The notes beneath the pieces were generated by a model that saw nothing but the letters and a program-made list of their open reading frames with translations, was not told where the DNA came from and did not search any database. This document shows positions 35,101 through 43,091 of a stretch of DNA of 64,000 bases, one piece after another (position 1 is the stretch's first letter; each line of letters starts with the position of its first letter). The DNA is taken from positions 5,426-69,425 of the forward strand of contig JBDTNH010000001.1 of NCBI GenBank assembly GCA_039933845.1. The letters are read 5' to 3'. This DNA is from Gemmatimonadota bacterium. Lineage in GTDB: Bacteria > Gemmatimonadota > Gemmatimonadetes > Gemmatimonadales > GWC2-71-9. Position numbers and translations under genes: made by a program.

Positions 35101-36712
35101 GGGTCATCCAATCCTCGACCACCCGACCGTCGTTCGGGCCGAATGCGACACCGTGCATTGCCATCAAGGTGGGTGCCATGTCGACACAGTTCACCACCCG
35201 TGACGAGTGCCCCGGTTCAATGCCCGGACCGGTCGTGATGATCATCCCCTCCAGTCGGTGGGCACCGGTGCGCCCGCCACCGTTCGGGTGCTCGACGCTA
35301 CCGATCCGGTCGGAGTAGCCGCGCCACACGCTGCCTTCGCCGTTGCCGACAATCGTGTTTCCTCGTCCGACATCGTATTCCCACTCGACCAGGAGGTCAG
35401 GCAATTCGTGGAGCAGCCTTCCCTGATGGATGTCGGCCGTACGAACCACTCGCCGGACCAGCGGCCTACCGGTTTCCGGGTTGACGGTGGCGAGGAGTTC
35501 CCGTTGGAGCAGCTCGGTCAGTTCGCGTTCGCCCTCACCCGGCTCGACAATCCCCTCCGGTTCGCGTCCCTTCAGGTTGAATCGGATGCCCGAGTAGGTC
35601 GACCCCGCACCGAATCCCATCTGGAAGGCCTTGGTACGCGACGGATCAATGTCGATCGGTTCACCGGTGTGGAGCACCTGCTTGTTGAACCATTGCCGCA
35701 CCGCGTACAGCCGAAGCCGAATACCCTCGGGGACCAGGGTACGCGCCAGACCCTTGAGGCCGCGTCCCTTCCCCACCGGCACGATCGGCGCGTCGACCGG
35801 TCGGACGTCGGCCAGGCTGCGCCCCGTCGCCGTCGCGCACACGCCCAGTCGTTCGAGCATCGCCGGCAGGAGGAGGCTCGATCCGCACGTGTGCTCCATG
35901 CTGTGCAGCGTCATGAGGATGACGGTGGTGTCCGGACCGACCTGCTCCATCAGCGCGCCGATCTCGCGGTCCGTGGCGATGTACACGTCGCGAAGCAGGT
36001 CGCCGTCGCGGGCCACCGTCGCGGCATCGTGTGCCGGATGCGTCGGATCGTGATAGTGCCAGAAGATGTGCCCCGAGCAGTGGATCTCGTTGAAACACTG
36101 CAGCGCGAAGTCCCACTCATGGGTCGCGAGCAAATCACGGGTCATCTGCCCCCGGAGTTCCACGCCGCGCACCATCTTGTCCCGCAGCTCTCGGTGGCCA
36201 GCAGCGTCGAGGCGATCGGTATCGCACGTCGTGGGCGGTGGGTGAATCCCATACCGTGCTCGAAGCGATGCCGCGAGTGATGCCGGGGTCGTCCTGTAAC
36301 CGAACGCCCCATCGTGCACGCCCCATTCAACGACGTGCACGCCATTCAGTCGTGGCGCCAGTGGTGCGAAGGGAATGTCGAGCACGATGACGCGCTTGCC
36401 GGCATCGGAGAGGCGTTCCCAGAACGGCGTGATCCCGGCGAAGTCGCGTGGGTTGAGTCGCAGTTGACGGTAGGTGCCTGGAATGACCCGGTCGGACCAA
36501 CAGATGCCGTGACCAGCCGGGTTGAGCCCAGTGTAGAACGAGGGCCACGTCGATCCGACCTCCATGCCTTCCACGCCCATGGCCGGCGACACGAGCCCAT
36601 TGGCCATCGCGTTGGCTATGTTCGGGAGCGTGCCATCAGCAGTCCACCGCTCAAGGAGTGCCGGTGTGGCGGCATCGAGGGCGAGGACCAGGATCTTTCG
36701 CGTGGTGGGCAT
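35090..36712 (-). CDS. Alkaline-phosphatase-superfamily protein (type I phosphodiesterase/nucleotide pyrophosphatase-like)
   Basis: ORF 35090..36817, ATG 36712. MPTTRKILVLALDAATPALLERW..GTLPNIANAM and the later HSMEHTCG and GAHRLEGM segments fit the AlkP-core metal-site layout. Assignment by pattern only. Confidence 0.6.
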   Translation of the reverse strand: MPTTRKILVLALDAATPALLERWTADGTLPNIANAMANGLVSPAMGVEGMEVGSTWPSFYTGLNPAGHGICWSDRVIPGTYRQLRLNPRDFAGITPFWERLSDAGKRVIVLDIPFAPLAPRLNGVHVVEWGVHDGAFGYRTTPASLAASLRARYGIHPPPTTCDTDRLDAAGHRELRDKMVRGVELRGQMTRDLLATHEWDFALQCFNEIHCSGHIFWHYHDPTHPAHDAATVARDGDLLRDVYIATDREIGALMEQVGPDTTVILMTLHSMEHTCGSSLLLPAMLERLGVCATATGRSLADVRPVDAPIVPVGKGRGLKGLARTLVPEGIRLRLYAVRQWFNKQVLHTGEPIDIDPSRTKAFQMGFGAGSTYSGIRFNLKGREPEGIVEPGEGERELTELLQRELLATVNPETGRPLVRRVVRTADIHQGRLLHELPDLLVEWEYDVGRGNTIVGNGEGSVWRGYSDRIGSVEHPNGGGRTGAHRLEGMIITTGPGIEPGHSSRVVNCVDMAPTLMAMHGVAFGPNDGRVVEDWMTHAG

Positions 36713-36736
36713 GAGACATCTCCAGAAAGGGCGTGC

Positions 36737-38140
36737 ATGGGAACGACTTCCCATCGGACAATCGAGTGCGACGTGTGCATCGTCGGAGCCGGGCCAGCCG
36801 GGCTCGCGCTGGCGCAAGCCCTTGATCGCGCCGGCACCACGACGGTAGTGCTCGAACGTGGGAATGCTCCTGCATGCGGCACGCCCCCGCCGATGGAAGT
36901 CACCAGTGAGCCGGAGCTAGGTGACCTGTCCACAACCCGGGCGTCCGCCCTGGGTGGTACGGCGACCATCTGGAACACGATACGCGCTGGGGAGGCCGGC
37001 GCCAAGTACGTCGCCCTCGACCCCATCGACTTCGCATCGCGCACCATTACGGCCCACGGTGGCTGGCCCATCGACTGGGCGACGCTTGAACCATGGTATT
37101 GCGAGGCGTATCGCTGGCTAGGCCTCCGCGAGAATCAGGTCCCAGACGGACCAACTTTTCCGTTTTTCCCAGATGGTCTCACAAGCAACCACTACCATTG
37201 GGGATCCGCCCGTCTGTTCACTGATCGGGTACCTGCGATGCTCCAGGCATCGAAACGTTCCACCCTGCTCTCATCCACACGCGTAACCGAGCTTGTCGCA
37301 ACTCCTGATGGCGCCGGGGTCCAGTCCGTGGAGTGGCGCAACACCGATGGTGGAACAGGGTCGGTGACCGCGAAACACGTCATCCTGGCGGCCGGTGCCA
37401 TCGAGAACGCGCGGATGCTGATGGTCTTCACCTCACGCCAAGGGCGTATCCCACCCGACTGGCTTGGGCGGGGATTCATGGAACACCCCATCGATCGGTC
37501 GCTCACTCTCTACACTCGTCATCCTGCAGCATCCCCAGTACCGGGATACTACGACTTCCGGGGCACAACCATCGGCCGGATAGGGCTCTCCGCAGGACTG
37601 ATGCAGACACACGAGCTCCGGAATGCATCGCTGCGGCTGTTCGTCGTCCGTCGTTCGCGACCACTGCAGGCGCTCCGCCACCTCTCGCACGTGGTCGGGC
37701 GCACGCCGCGCACGACGTACCGTGTGCTGCTCGACCTCGAGCAGGCACCACATCCCGACAACCGACTCATCCTGACCGACCGTCGTGATGGATTCGACAT
37801 GCCCGAAGTCAGACTACTCTGGGAATGGCGGCCCGAGGACGAGGCGTTCCGACAGAAACTCCGGCCCGTCCTCCAGGAGGAATTCCGACGGAGCAACGCC
37901 GGCGAGCTCACCCTCGGACCGATCACACCGGTCGACGGCAACGTCCACCATCATGCCGGCACCACCCGCATGCACCGGGAGCCCGAAGGCGGAGTGGTCG
38001 ACGCCGACCTGCGGGTGCACACGATGCGCAATCTTCACATCGTCGGAGCGTCGGTCTTCCCCTCATGCGGTGTCGGCAATCCGACCCTCACCATCCTGGC
38101 CCTGTCGCTCCGATTGGCGGCACGGCTCAACCATCCCTGA
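36737..38140 (+). CDS. GMC-family FAD-dependent oxidoreductase
   Basis: ORF 36314..38140, ATG 36737. Rossmann motif CDVCIVGAGPAGLALA. C-terminal GMC motif NVHHHAGTTRM...VDADLRVH...NLHIVGASVFPS. Confidence 0.8.
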   Translation: MGTTSHRTIECDVCIVGAGPAGLALAQALDRAGTTTVVLERGNAPACGTPPPMEVTSEPELGDLSTTRASALGGTATIWNTIRAGEAGAKYVALDPIDFASRTITAHGGWPIDWATLEPWYCEAYRWLGLRENQVPDGPTFPFFPDGLTSNHYHWGSARLFTDRVPAMLQASKRSTLLSSTRVTELVATPDGAGVQSVEWRNTDGGTGSVTAKHVILAAGAIENARMLMVFTSRQGRIPPDWLGRGFMEHPIDRSLTLYTRHPAASPVPGYYDFRGTTIGRIGLSAGLMQTHELRNASLRLFVVRRSRPLQALRHLSHVVGRTPRTTYRVLLDLEQAPHPDNRLILTDRRDGFDMPEVRLLWEWRPEDEAFRQKLRPVLQEEFRRSNAGELTLGPITPVDGNVHHHAGTTRMHREPEGGVVDADLRVHTMRNLHIVGASVFPSCGVGNPTLTILALSLRLAARLNHP

Positions 38141-38978
38141 GTGGCGGTCCGAGCAAGCGGGCCGCCCCGTGCAGAAACCGTCGTGAGGCGCCTCGTCGCC
38201 GATCGGCTCGGTCAGCGAGCGCCTGGGCAAATCTCCGACGCGCGGAACCAGCACCGAACTGCGCCTCGATCGTCTCATGCATCAGTCGGACCGTGAGGTA
38301 CCACCGACGCAGGGTGAACCAATCCCGGGAATTGATCGAACCGGGATTCCCGACGGCGTAATCAATGGCTATCTCCGGAGCGAACACCAGTGGTCCCGCC
38401 TGAGCAATCAGTCGAACGATCAAGACCCAATCCTCAATCAGCATCCGCTCGGGGGGCCACCCACCGGCCGCCTCGAGTGGCGCTCGGCGAAACAACATCG
38501 CACTCGGAATGGTGTGACTCCGGACGATTGCCTCCCGAAGCGTGAGCAGCGACGGTTTGGTGGCTAAGGTGTCGCGCGGACCATCAGGCCAACACCTCGT
38601 GATCGCGGAATAGACCGCTGGAGCCTGAGCACATGCGACAAGTCGCGCCGACATGGCCTCCAGGAAATTGGGGGGCCAGCCGTCATCGGCATCCAGGAAT
38701 GCGATGAGTGGAGTGGGCATCGCGGCCATCCCCACACGACGAGCTTCTCCCACACCCGCATTGCGGGGCAACCGAATCAGTTCCACTCCGTCCGGCAGTG
38801 CCGCCAACGATCGTGACTCCCCATCAGGGCTGCCGTCGTCCACCACCACAATCCGGTCCGGCCGCCTGGTCTGCGCCAGCACGCTGGCCAATGTCGCCGG
38901 AAAAGTCCGGTCAGCCCTGTAAAAGGGGATCACTACCCCGATCTCGGGGGGCAGGTGGGAGTGACGTTCTGGGGACAT
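38127..38978 (-). CDS. Glycosyltransferase family 2
   Basis: VVIPFYRADRTFPATLASVLAQT...IVVVDDGSPD...AFLDADD (GT2 DxD). Confidence 0.8.
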   Translation of the reverse strand: MSPERHSHLPPEIGVVIPFYRADRTFPATLASVLAQTRRPDRIVVVDDGSPDGESRSLAALPDGVELIRLPRNAGVGEARRVGMAAMPTPLIAFLDADDGWPPNFLEAMSARLVACAQAPAVYSAITRCWPDGPRDTLATKPSLLTLREAIVRSHTIPSAMLFRRAPLEAAGGWPPERMLIEDWVLIVRLIAQAGPLVFAPEIAIDYAVGNPGSINSRDWFTLRRWYLTVRLMHETIEAQFGAGSARRRFAQALADRADRRRGASRRFLHGAARLLGPPLRDG

Positions 38979-39088
38979 GATGACCGGAAGATGGCAAGAA
39001 GTCGGCCGACCGGTTGAGATTGACGCAGTACCTGCTTCGGGATATGTTCGGTGTCACCGCCCAAACATGCCCGAAAGCCGGCCACCAG

Positions 39089-39283
39089 ATGATCGCCACG
39101 CTCCCCATCCTCGCTGCCACCCGCCAGCTTGCTACTGCCATCGCGGCATCTGGCGTCTGCCTCCACGACGACGAAGTCCCTCTGCCGCCGCCCTCACCCT
39201 CCTGCCCTGACTGCGGCACGATCCTCTTCCGCGCCTCGGCGTGCATCACCTGTCCCGGGTGTGGGTGGGGCAAGTGCAACTGA
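39089..39283 (+). CDS. Small zinc-ribbon protein (hypothetical)
   Basis: ORF 39014..39283 (TTG). The ATG at 39089 gives 64 aa ending CPDCGTILFRASACITCPGCGWGKCN (CxxC...CxxC). GC3-rich codons. The TGA is followed immediately by the heptamer array. Confidence 0.4.
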   Translation: MIATLPILAATRQLATAIAASGVCLHDDEVPLPPPSPSCPDCGTILFRASACITCPGCGWGKCN

Positions 39284-40308
39284 AAGCGAGAAGCGAGAGG
39301 CGAGAAGCGAGGTCCTCGTCAGACTGGCTCACCCTCCACCGCACCACTCGCGGCACCGAGTTCATCGGCATCGTCCCGACCCGGGTCCTCAACCCTCCCG
39401 GTGCCACCGGCATGCGGTTCTGGTCGCTCAATCCGTATGTCGGCTGCGAGTTTGGCTGCTCGTACTGCTATGCGCGTGAGACCCACCAATGGACCGTCGA
39501 ACGTGCCGCCAACCAACGCGATGCGCCCGCTGCCGCACGCGAGGCCGCGACACTCCCGATCGCCACAGGTTTCGAGCGACGGATCCTGGTCAAGGAGTCG
39601 GCACCCGAGATCCTCGCTCGCACCCTCGACCCCGTCAGGCTCGGCGACACACCGGTCGTGATCGGTTCGGCAACCGATCCGTATCAACCAGCCGAGCGGA
39701 GATTCGAGGTCACCAGGCGAATGCTTGAAGTGTTCCTGAAGTACGAGGGGCTGCACATCGGGATCATCACCAAGTCGGCACTGATTGCGCGCGACACTGC
39801 GCTGCTCGCGATGCTCGCGCGTCGTCATGATGTCTCGGTGCACTTCTCGATCGGTTCACTCGATGGCGCGTTGCTGAGACAACTCGAACCGCGCAGTGCG
39901 GCTCCAGCGGCCAGGCTCCGGGTCTTGCGCAAGCTGACCGATGCCGGTGTGCGCTGTGACGTATTGATCATGCCGATCCTGCCGGGGTTGACCGATGGCG
40001 AGCCTGAACTGCGCGAGGTGGTCAATGGCGCCAAGTCCGCGGGAGCGACCTCCGTGGCCGGCGGTGCGGTCCGGATGGGGCCTGCCACGCGCAACACGCT
40101 GCTGCCCTGGCTGGACCAACACCGGCCCGCACTCGCGGCGCGGTATCGATCACACTTCCGTGAACGTCAGTATGTCTCGAAGCGGTACGGCAAGGCGCTC
40201 CACGCGCGGCTGGAAAGATTGCAACGGGAGGGAGGGTTTGTCGGTCGAGCACGCGTGACTGGTACCGGCGAGGCGAAACGAATGCAAGGCGATTTGTTTG
40301 CTGGATGA
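39241..40308 (+). CDS. Radical SAM protein, SplB/COG1533-like (PA0069-type)
   Basis: SLNPYVGCEFGCSYCYAR (CxxxCxxC cluster), with the preceding VPTRVLNP region typical of this family. The start is uncertain. GTG 39241/39259/39265/39274 all lie 5' of the heptamer array, and the next ATG is 39412. Confidence 0.7.
   Translation: MHHLSRVWVGQVQLKARSERREARSSSDWLTLHRTTRGTEFIGIVPTRVLNPPGATGMRFWSLNPYVGCEFGCSYCYARETHQWTVERAANQRDAPAAAREAATLPIATGFERRILVKESAPEILARTLDPVRLGDTPVVIGSATDPYQPAERRFEVTRRMLEVFLKYEGLHIGIITKSALIARDTALLAMLARRHDVSVHFSIGSLDGALLRQLEPRSAAPAARLRVLRKLTDAGVRCDVLIMPILPGLTDGEPELREVVNGAKSAGATSVAGGAVRMGPATRNTLLPWLDQHRPALAARYRSHFRERQYVSKRYGKALHARLERLQREGGFVGRARVTGTGEAKRMQGDLFAG
39284..39311. repeat. 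Heptanucleotide tandem array, 4 units AAGCGAG/AGGCGAG (same family as 33831, opposite orientation)
   Basis: Direct read: aagcgag, aagcgag, aggcgag, aagcgag. Confidence 0.9.
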
Positions 40309-40311
40309 GGC

Positions 40312-40351
40312 CACTTCTCACTTCTCACTTCTCACTTCTCACTTCTCACTT
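40312..40351. repeat. Heptanucleotide tandem array, 5.7 units CTCACTT
   Basis: Direct read: cactt + ctcactt x5. It fills the 41-bp gap between the convergent stops TGA 40306-08 (+) and TAA 40350-52 (-). Confidence 0.95.
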
Positions 40352-43091
40352 AATCGACCGGCCGGTTGATGCCACCCACCACCAGCGCCTCGAAGCGCGG
40401 GTTCCCCTTGAGCGGCTTGAAGAGCGGGTCGGCGCGCAGATAGCCGCGCGTCACGTAGTACTGCCGGTTCACCAGCTGTTCCAACCCATCGAGTGCCTTG
40501 TTGGTCTCGCCGATCGCCATCTGAGCCCGGATCCATTGCTGCAGGACATAGTTGGCGTTGTTGGCGCTGGACCCGACTGTGTCAGCAAGTGCCCGATCGG
40601 CCTCACGCGCCGCGTCGGCCTTCCGCCCGACGTAGCCGAGCATCACGGCATTGAGCATCCTGAGCTGTGGGTCGGTCGGGTTGGCATCGATCTGCTGTTG
40701 AGCGGTCACAAGCGAAGAATCCGCGAACGCGCGAGCCCGGGCCATGTCGCCCTCTTGCATCGCGGTCATCGCGATCGCCTGGCCCCACCATGCCCGATCG
40801 TTGTCAAACGCCGCTGGCGTCATCCGATAGAGCAATTCGCGCTCCTTGGGGCCGAGCACGAAGCCCATTTCCTGATAGCCTGCGAAGTAGGTCACGAAAT
40901 CGGTGACCGGCACCCGCTTGAGCAGCTCCTGAACCACGCGTCGCGCGCCGGTCGTGTCGCCATTGACCAGGTGCGCGTTGACGATCCACTGCATCTGATC
41001 GTAGGCCGTCGGCTCGAGCGCCATCAGCTCCTCGCTGGTGGCCTGTGCCTCGGTATGCTGCCCAAGGTAGATCTGGGCCCGGATCAGGTTCGTGAGCACG
41101 CCCGTCGCGCGCGGGTTGAGTTCGCGCGCCTTCGAAAGCTTCTCGAACATCGGTCGGTAGTTGCCTTGGAGCAAATCGGCCTGTGCGGACGACGTCAGCG
41201 CCCAGATACTCTTCGGGTCGAGCTCGAGTGCCCGCTCGGTTTCCCGCCGTGCCGCGGCCTGATCGCGAGTGACGTCAGTGTAGAAGGAGGCGGCGATCAT
41301 GTGTGCCCCGGAGCTGTCGGGTGCCAACTGCATCACCTTCTCCATCGCCTCCTTGGCACGCCGACCGATCACGGGATCACGGGTCCCATTCGCATAGGCA
41401 ATCGTGAGATTGAACGCCAGCGAACCCCACGCCCAGACGAAGTTCGAGTCGAGCGCCACCGCCTGCTCATACAGCGCTGCTCGCGCTTTCGCGGCGCCAG
41501 GCGTACCGCCCTTGATGGCCTGTGCCCGCAGGAAGATGTCGTACGCCTCGTCGTTCTGGGTCGGCCGAGCGGCCAGGTCCTTGGTCTGATCGGCTCGGAG
41601 CGCCAGTCCGAGCGCACCCGCCACCCGCGTCGCGATGCGGCCCTGGATCTCGAATGCGTCGGTCATGTCGGCATCGAAACTGTCACGCCACGTGACCTTG
41701 CCCGTCTCGCCGTTGACCAGCTCCGTGGTCACCCGGACTTGTCGGACACCGTTTGCGCCGGTCGCCCAGCGCACCTTCCCCATCAGCACCTGATCGACGC
41801 GCAGCTCACCGGCGATCTCGGTGGCCGTCTTGGTCGTCTCGCGGTACTGATCGGAGCTCGCCGAGGCGATGACGGTGAGCGAGTCGAGGCGGGCGAGCTT
41901 GTCGCGCAGCTCGTCGACGATGCCGTCGGCGAAGTAGGCGTCCTCGGCCGCGCCCTGGTTCTCGAATGGCAGCACCGCGACGCTCCGGATCGGCGAGCTG
42001 GCGTTGCCGCCAACACCGAACGCCTTCCAGCCCAGCGCGCCGACCAGCAGCACCCCGGCGGCCATCGCCACGTATTGCCATTTCTTGAAACCTTGGGCAG
42101 GCATCGCCGCCGTCGCACCCGAGCCGGTCCGTGCCATATCCTCGGCGGTGGTGAGTGCGGTGGCCATTTCGCCGGCGGTGGTATAGCGGTCGGCCGGCGC
42201 CTTGGCGAGTGCCCGCATCACGGCGCTGTCGACCACCGGTGGCAGCGATTCGCGCGTCAACGTGAGCGCACGCGGCTTCTCGGTGATGCTCCGCGTGATG
42301 ATCGCCTGCGCAGTGGGCCCCGTGAACGGCGGTTCGCCGGCCAGCATCTCATAGAGTACGCAACCGAGCGCGTAGATGTCGCTCCGGCCGTCGAGGTTCG
42401 GATCGCCACTCGCCTGCTCAGGGCTCATGTATTGCGGCGTGCCGATGGCGAGGCCGGTCTGGGTCAGCGCCTTCGCATCGCCACTACTCGTCGCGCGCGC
42501 GATCCCGAAGTCGGCCACGAGCGCGTGACCCGCACTCATCAAAATATTGGCCGGCTTGATGTCGCGGTGCACGATCCCCCGTGCATGCGCATACGCCAGT
42601 GCCTCCGCGACCTCACGAGCAATCCGGAGTGCCTCACCGACCGGCAGCTGCTTCTCGCGCTTGAGACGGGCCGGCAGTGAGTCGCCTTCGACCACCGGCA
42701 TCACGTAGTAGAGCACGCCCTGGGCGCTGCCGGAGTCGTAGACCGGCAGGATATTCGGATGGCTCAGCTTCGCCGCGATCTCGACCTCGCGCAGGAACCG
42801 CTCTGACCCGAGCGTCTCCGCGAGCTCGGGCCGCATCACCTTGACCGCCACCTTGCGGCGATGCTTCAGGTCTTCGGCCAAGTAAACCGTCGCCATGCCG
42901 CCTTCGCCCAGCACACCCTCGATCTTGTAGCGATCGGCGAGTGCAGCGCGGATCCGCGACACCTCGATCGCACCGGTCGGCATGGTGCGCTCAGGCACTC
43001 CGGGTTCGGTCGGGGTGGGGTTGCCGCAGTTGGGGCAGAAGTGCACTCCGGCATGCAGCTCGGTCTGGCAGGATGGGCAGGTCATGGTCAT
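40350..43091 (-). CDS. Ser/Thr protein kinase with N-terminal zinc ribbon, TM, TolB-N-like module and TPR repeats
   Basis: MTMTCPSCQTELHAGVHFCPNCG. GEGGMATVYLAED, VAVKVM, HRDIKPANILM, VADFGIA, GTPQYMSPE. TM segment YVAMAAGVLLVGALGW. VAVLPFENQGAAEDAYFADGIVDELR. ATG 43091 overlaps the upstream stop by 1 nt. Confidence 0.85.
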   Translation of the reverse strand: MTMTCPSCQTELHAGVHFCPNCGNPTPTEPGVPERTMPTGAIEVSRIRAALADRYKIEGVLGEGGMATVYLAEDLKHRRKVAVKVMRPELAETLGSERFLREVEIAAKLSHPNILPVYDSGSAQGVLYYVMPVVEGDSLPARLKREKQLPVGEALRIAREVAEALAYAHARGIVHRDIKPANILMSAGHALVADFGIARATSSGDAKALTQTGLAIGTPQYMSPEQASGDPNLDGRSDIYALGCVLYEMLAGEPPFTGPTAQAIITRSITEKPRALTLTRESLPPVVDSAVMRALAKAPADRYTTAGEMATALTTAEDMARTGSGATAAMPAQGFKKWQYVAMAAGVLLVGALGWKAFGVGGNASSPIRSVAVLPFENQGAAEDAYFADGIVDELRDKLARLDSLTVIASASSDQYRETTKTATEIAGELRVDQVLMGKVRWATGANGVRQVRVTTELVNGETGKVTWRDSFDADMTDAFEIQGRIATRVAGALGLALRADQTKDLAARPTQNDEAYDIFLRAQAIKGGTPGAAKARAALYEQAVALDSNFVWAWGSLAFNLTIAYANGTRDPVIGRRAKEAMEKVMQLAPDSSGAHMIAASFYTDVTRDQAAARRETERALELDPKSIWALTSSAQADLLQGNYRPMFEKLSKARELNPRATGVLTNLIRAQIYLGQHTEAQATSEELMALEPTAYDQMQWIVNAHLVNGDTTGARRVVQELLKRVPVTDFVTYFAGYQEMGFVLGPKERELLYRMTPAAFDNDRAWWGQAIAMTAMQEGDMARARAFADSSLVTAQQQIDANPTDPQLRMLNAVMLGYVGRKADAAREADRALADTVGSSANNANYVLQQWIRAQMAIGETNKALDGLEQLVNRQYYVTRGYLRADPLFKPLKGNPRFEALVVGGINRPVD

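Noticed and set aside
39014-40308. Cys-rich small ORF plus radical SAM enzyme as a RiPP (e.g. sactipeptide/ranthipeptide-like) cluster
   Set aside because: The radical SAM protein looks like the SplB/COG1533 type (SLNPYVGCEFGCSYCYAR, ~330 aa) with no SPASM/twitch Cys-rich C-terminal domain. No protease, transporter or RRE-like gene is adjacent. The peptide's Cys pattern is an ordinary CxxC..CxxC zinc ribbon. It is kept only as a hypothetical small protein.
33831-40351. Could the short tandem arrays be CRISPR arrays?
   Set aside because: The units are 7 bp and directly abutting, with no spacers, and there are no cas genes in the window. They are microsatellite-type arrays.
40305-42680. 791-aa plus-strand ORF starting in the 40312 heptamer array (MRPLLTSHFSLLTSHL...)
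   Set aside because: It is antisense to a kinase gene with complete Hanks motifs, and its N-terminus is just the repeat translated.
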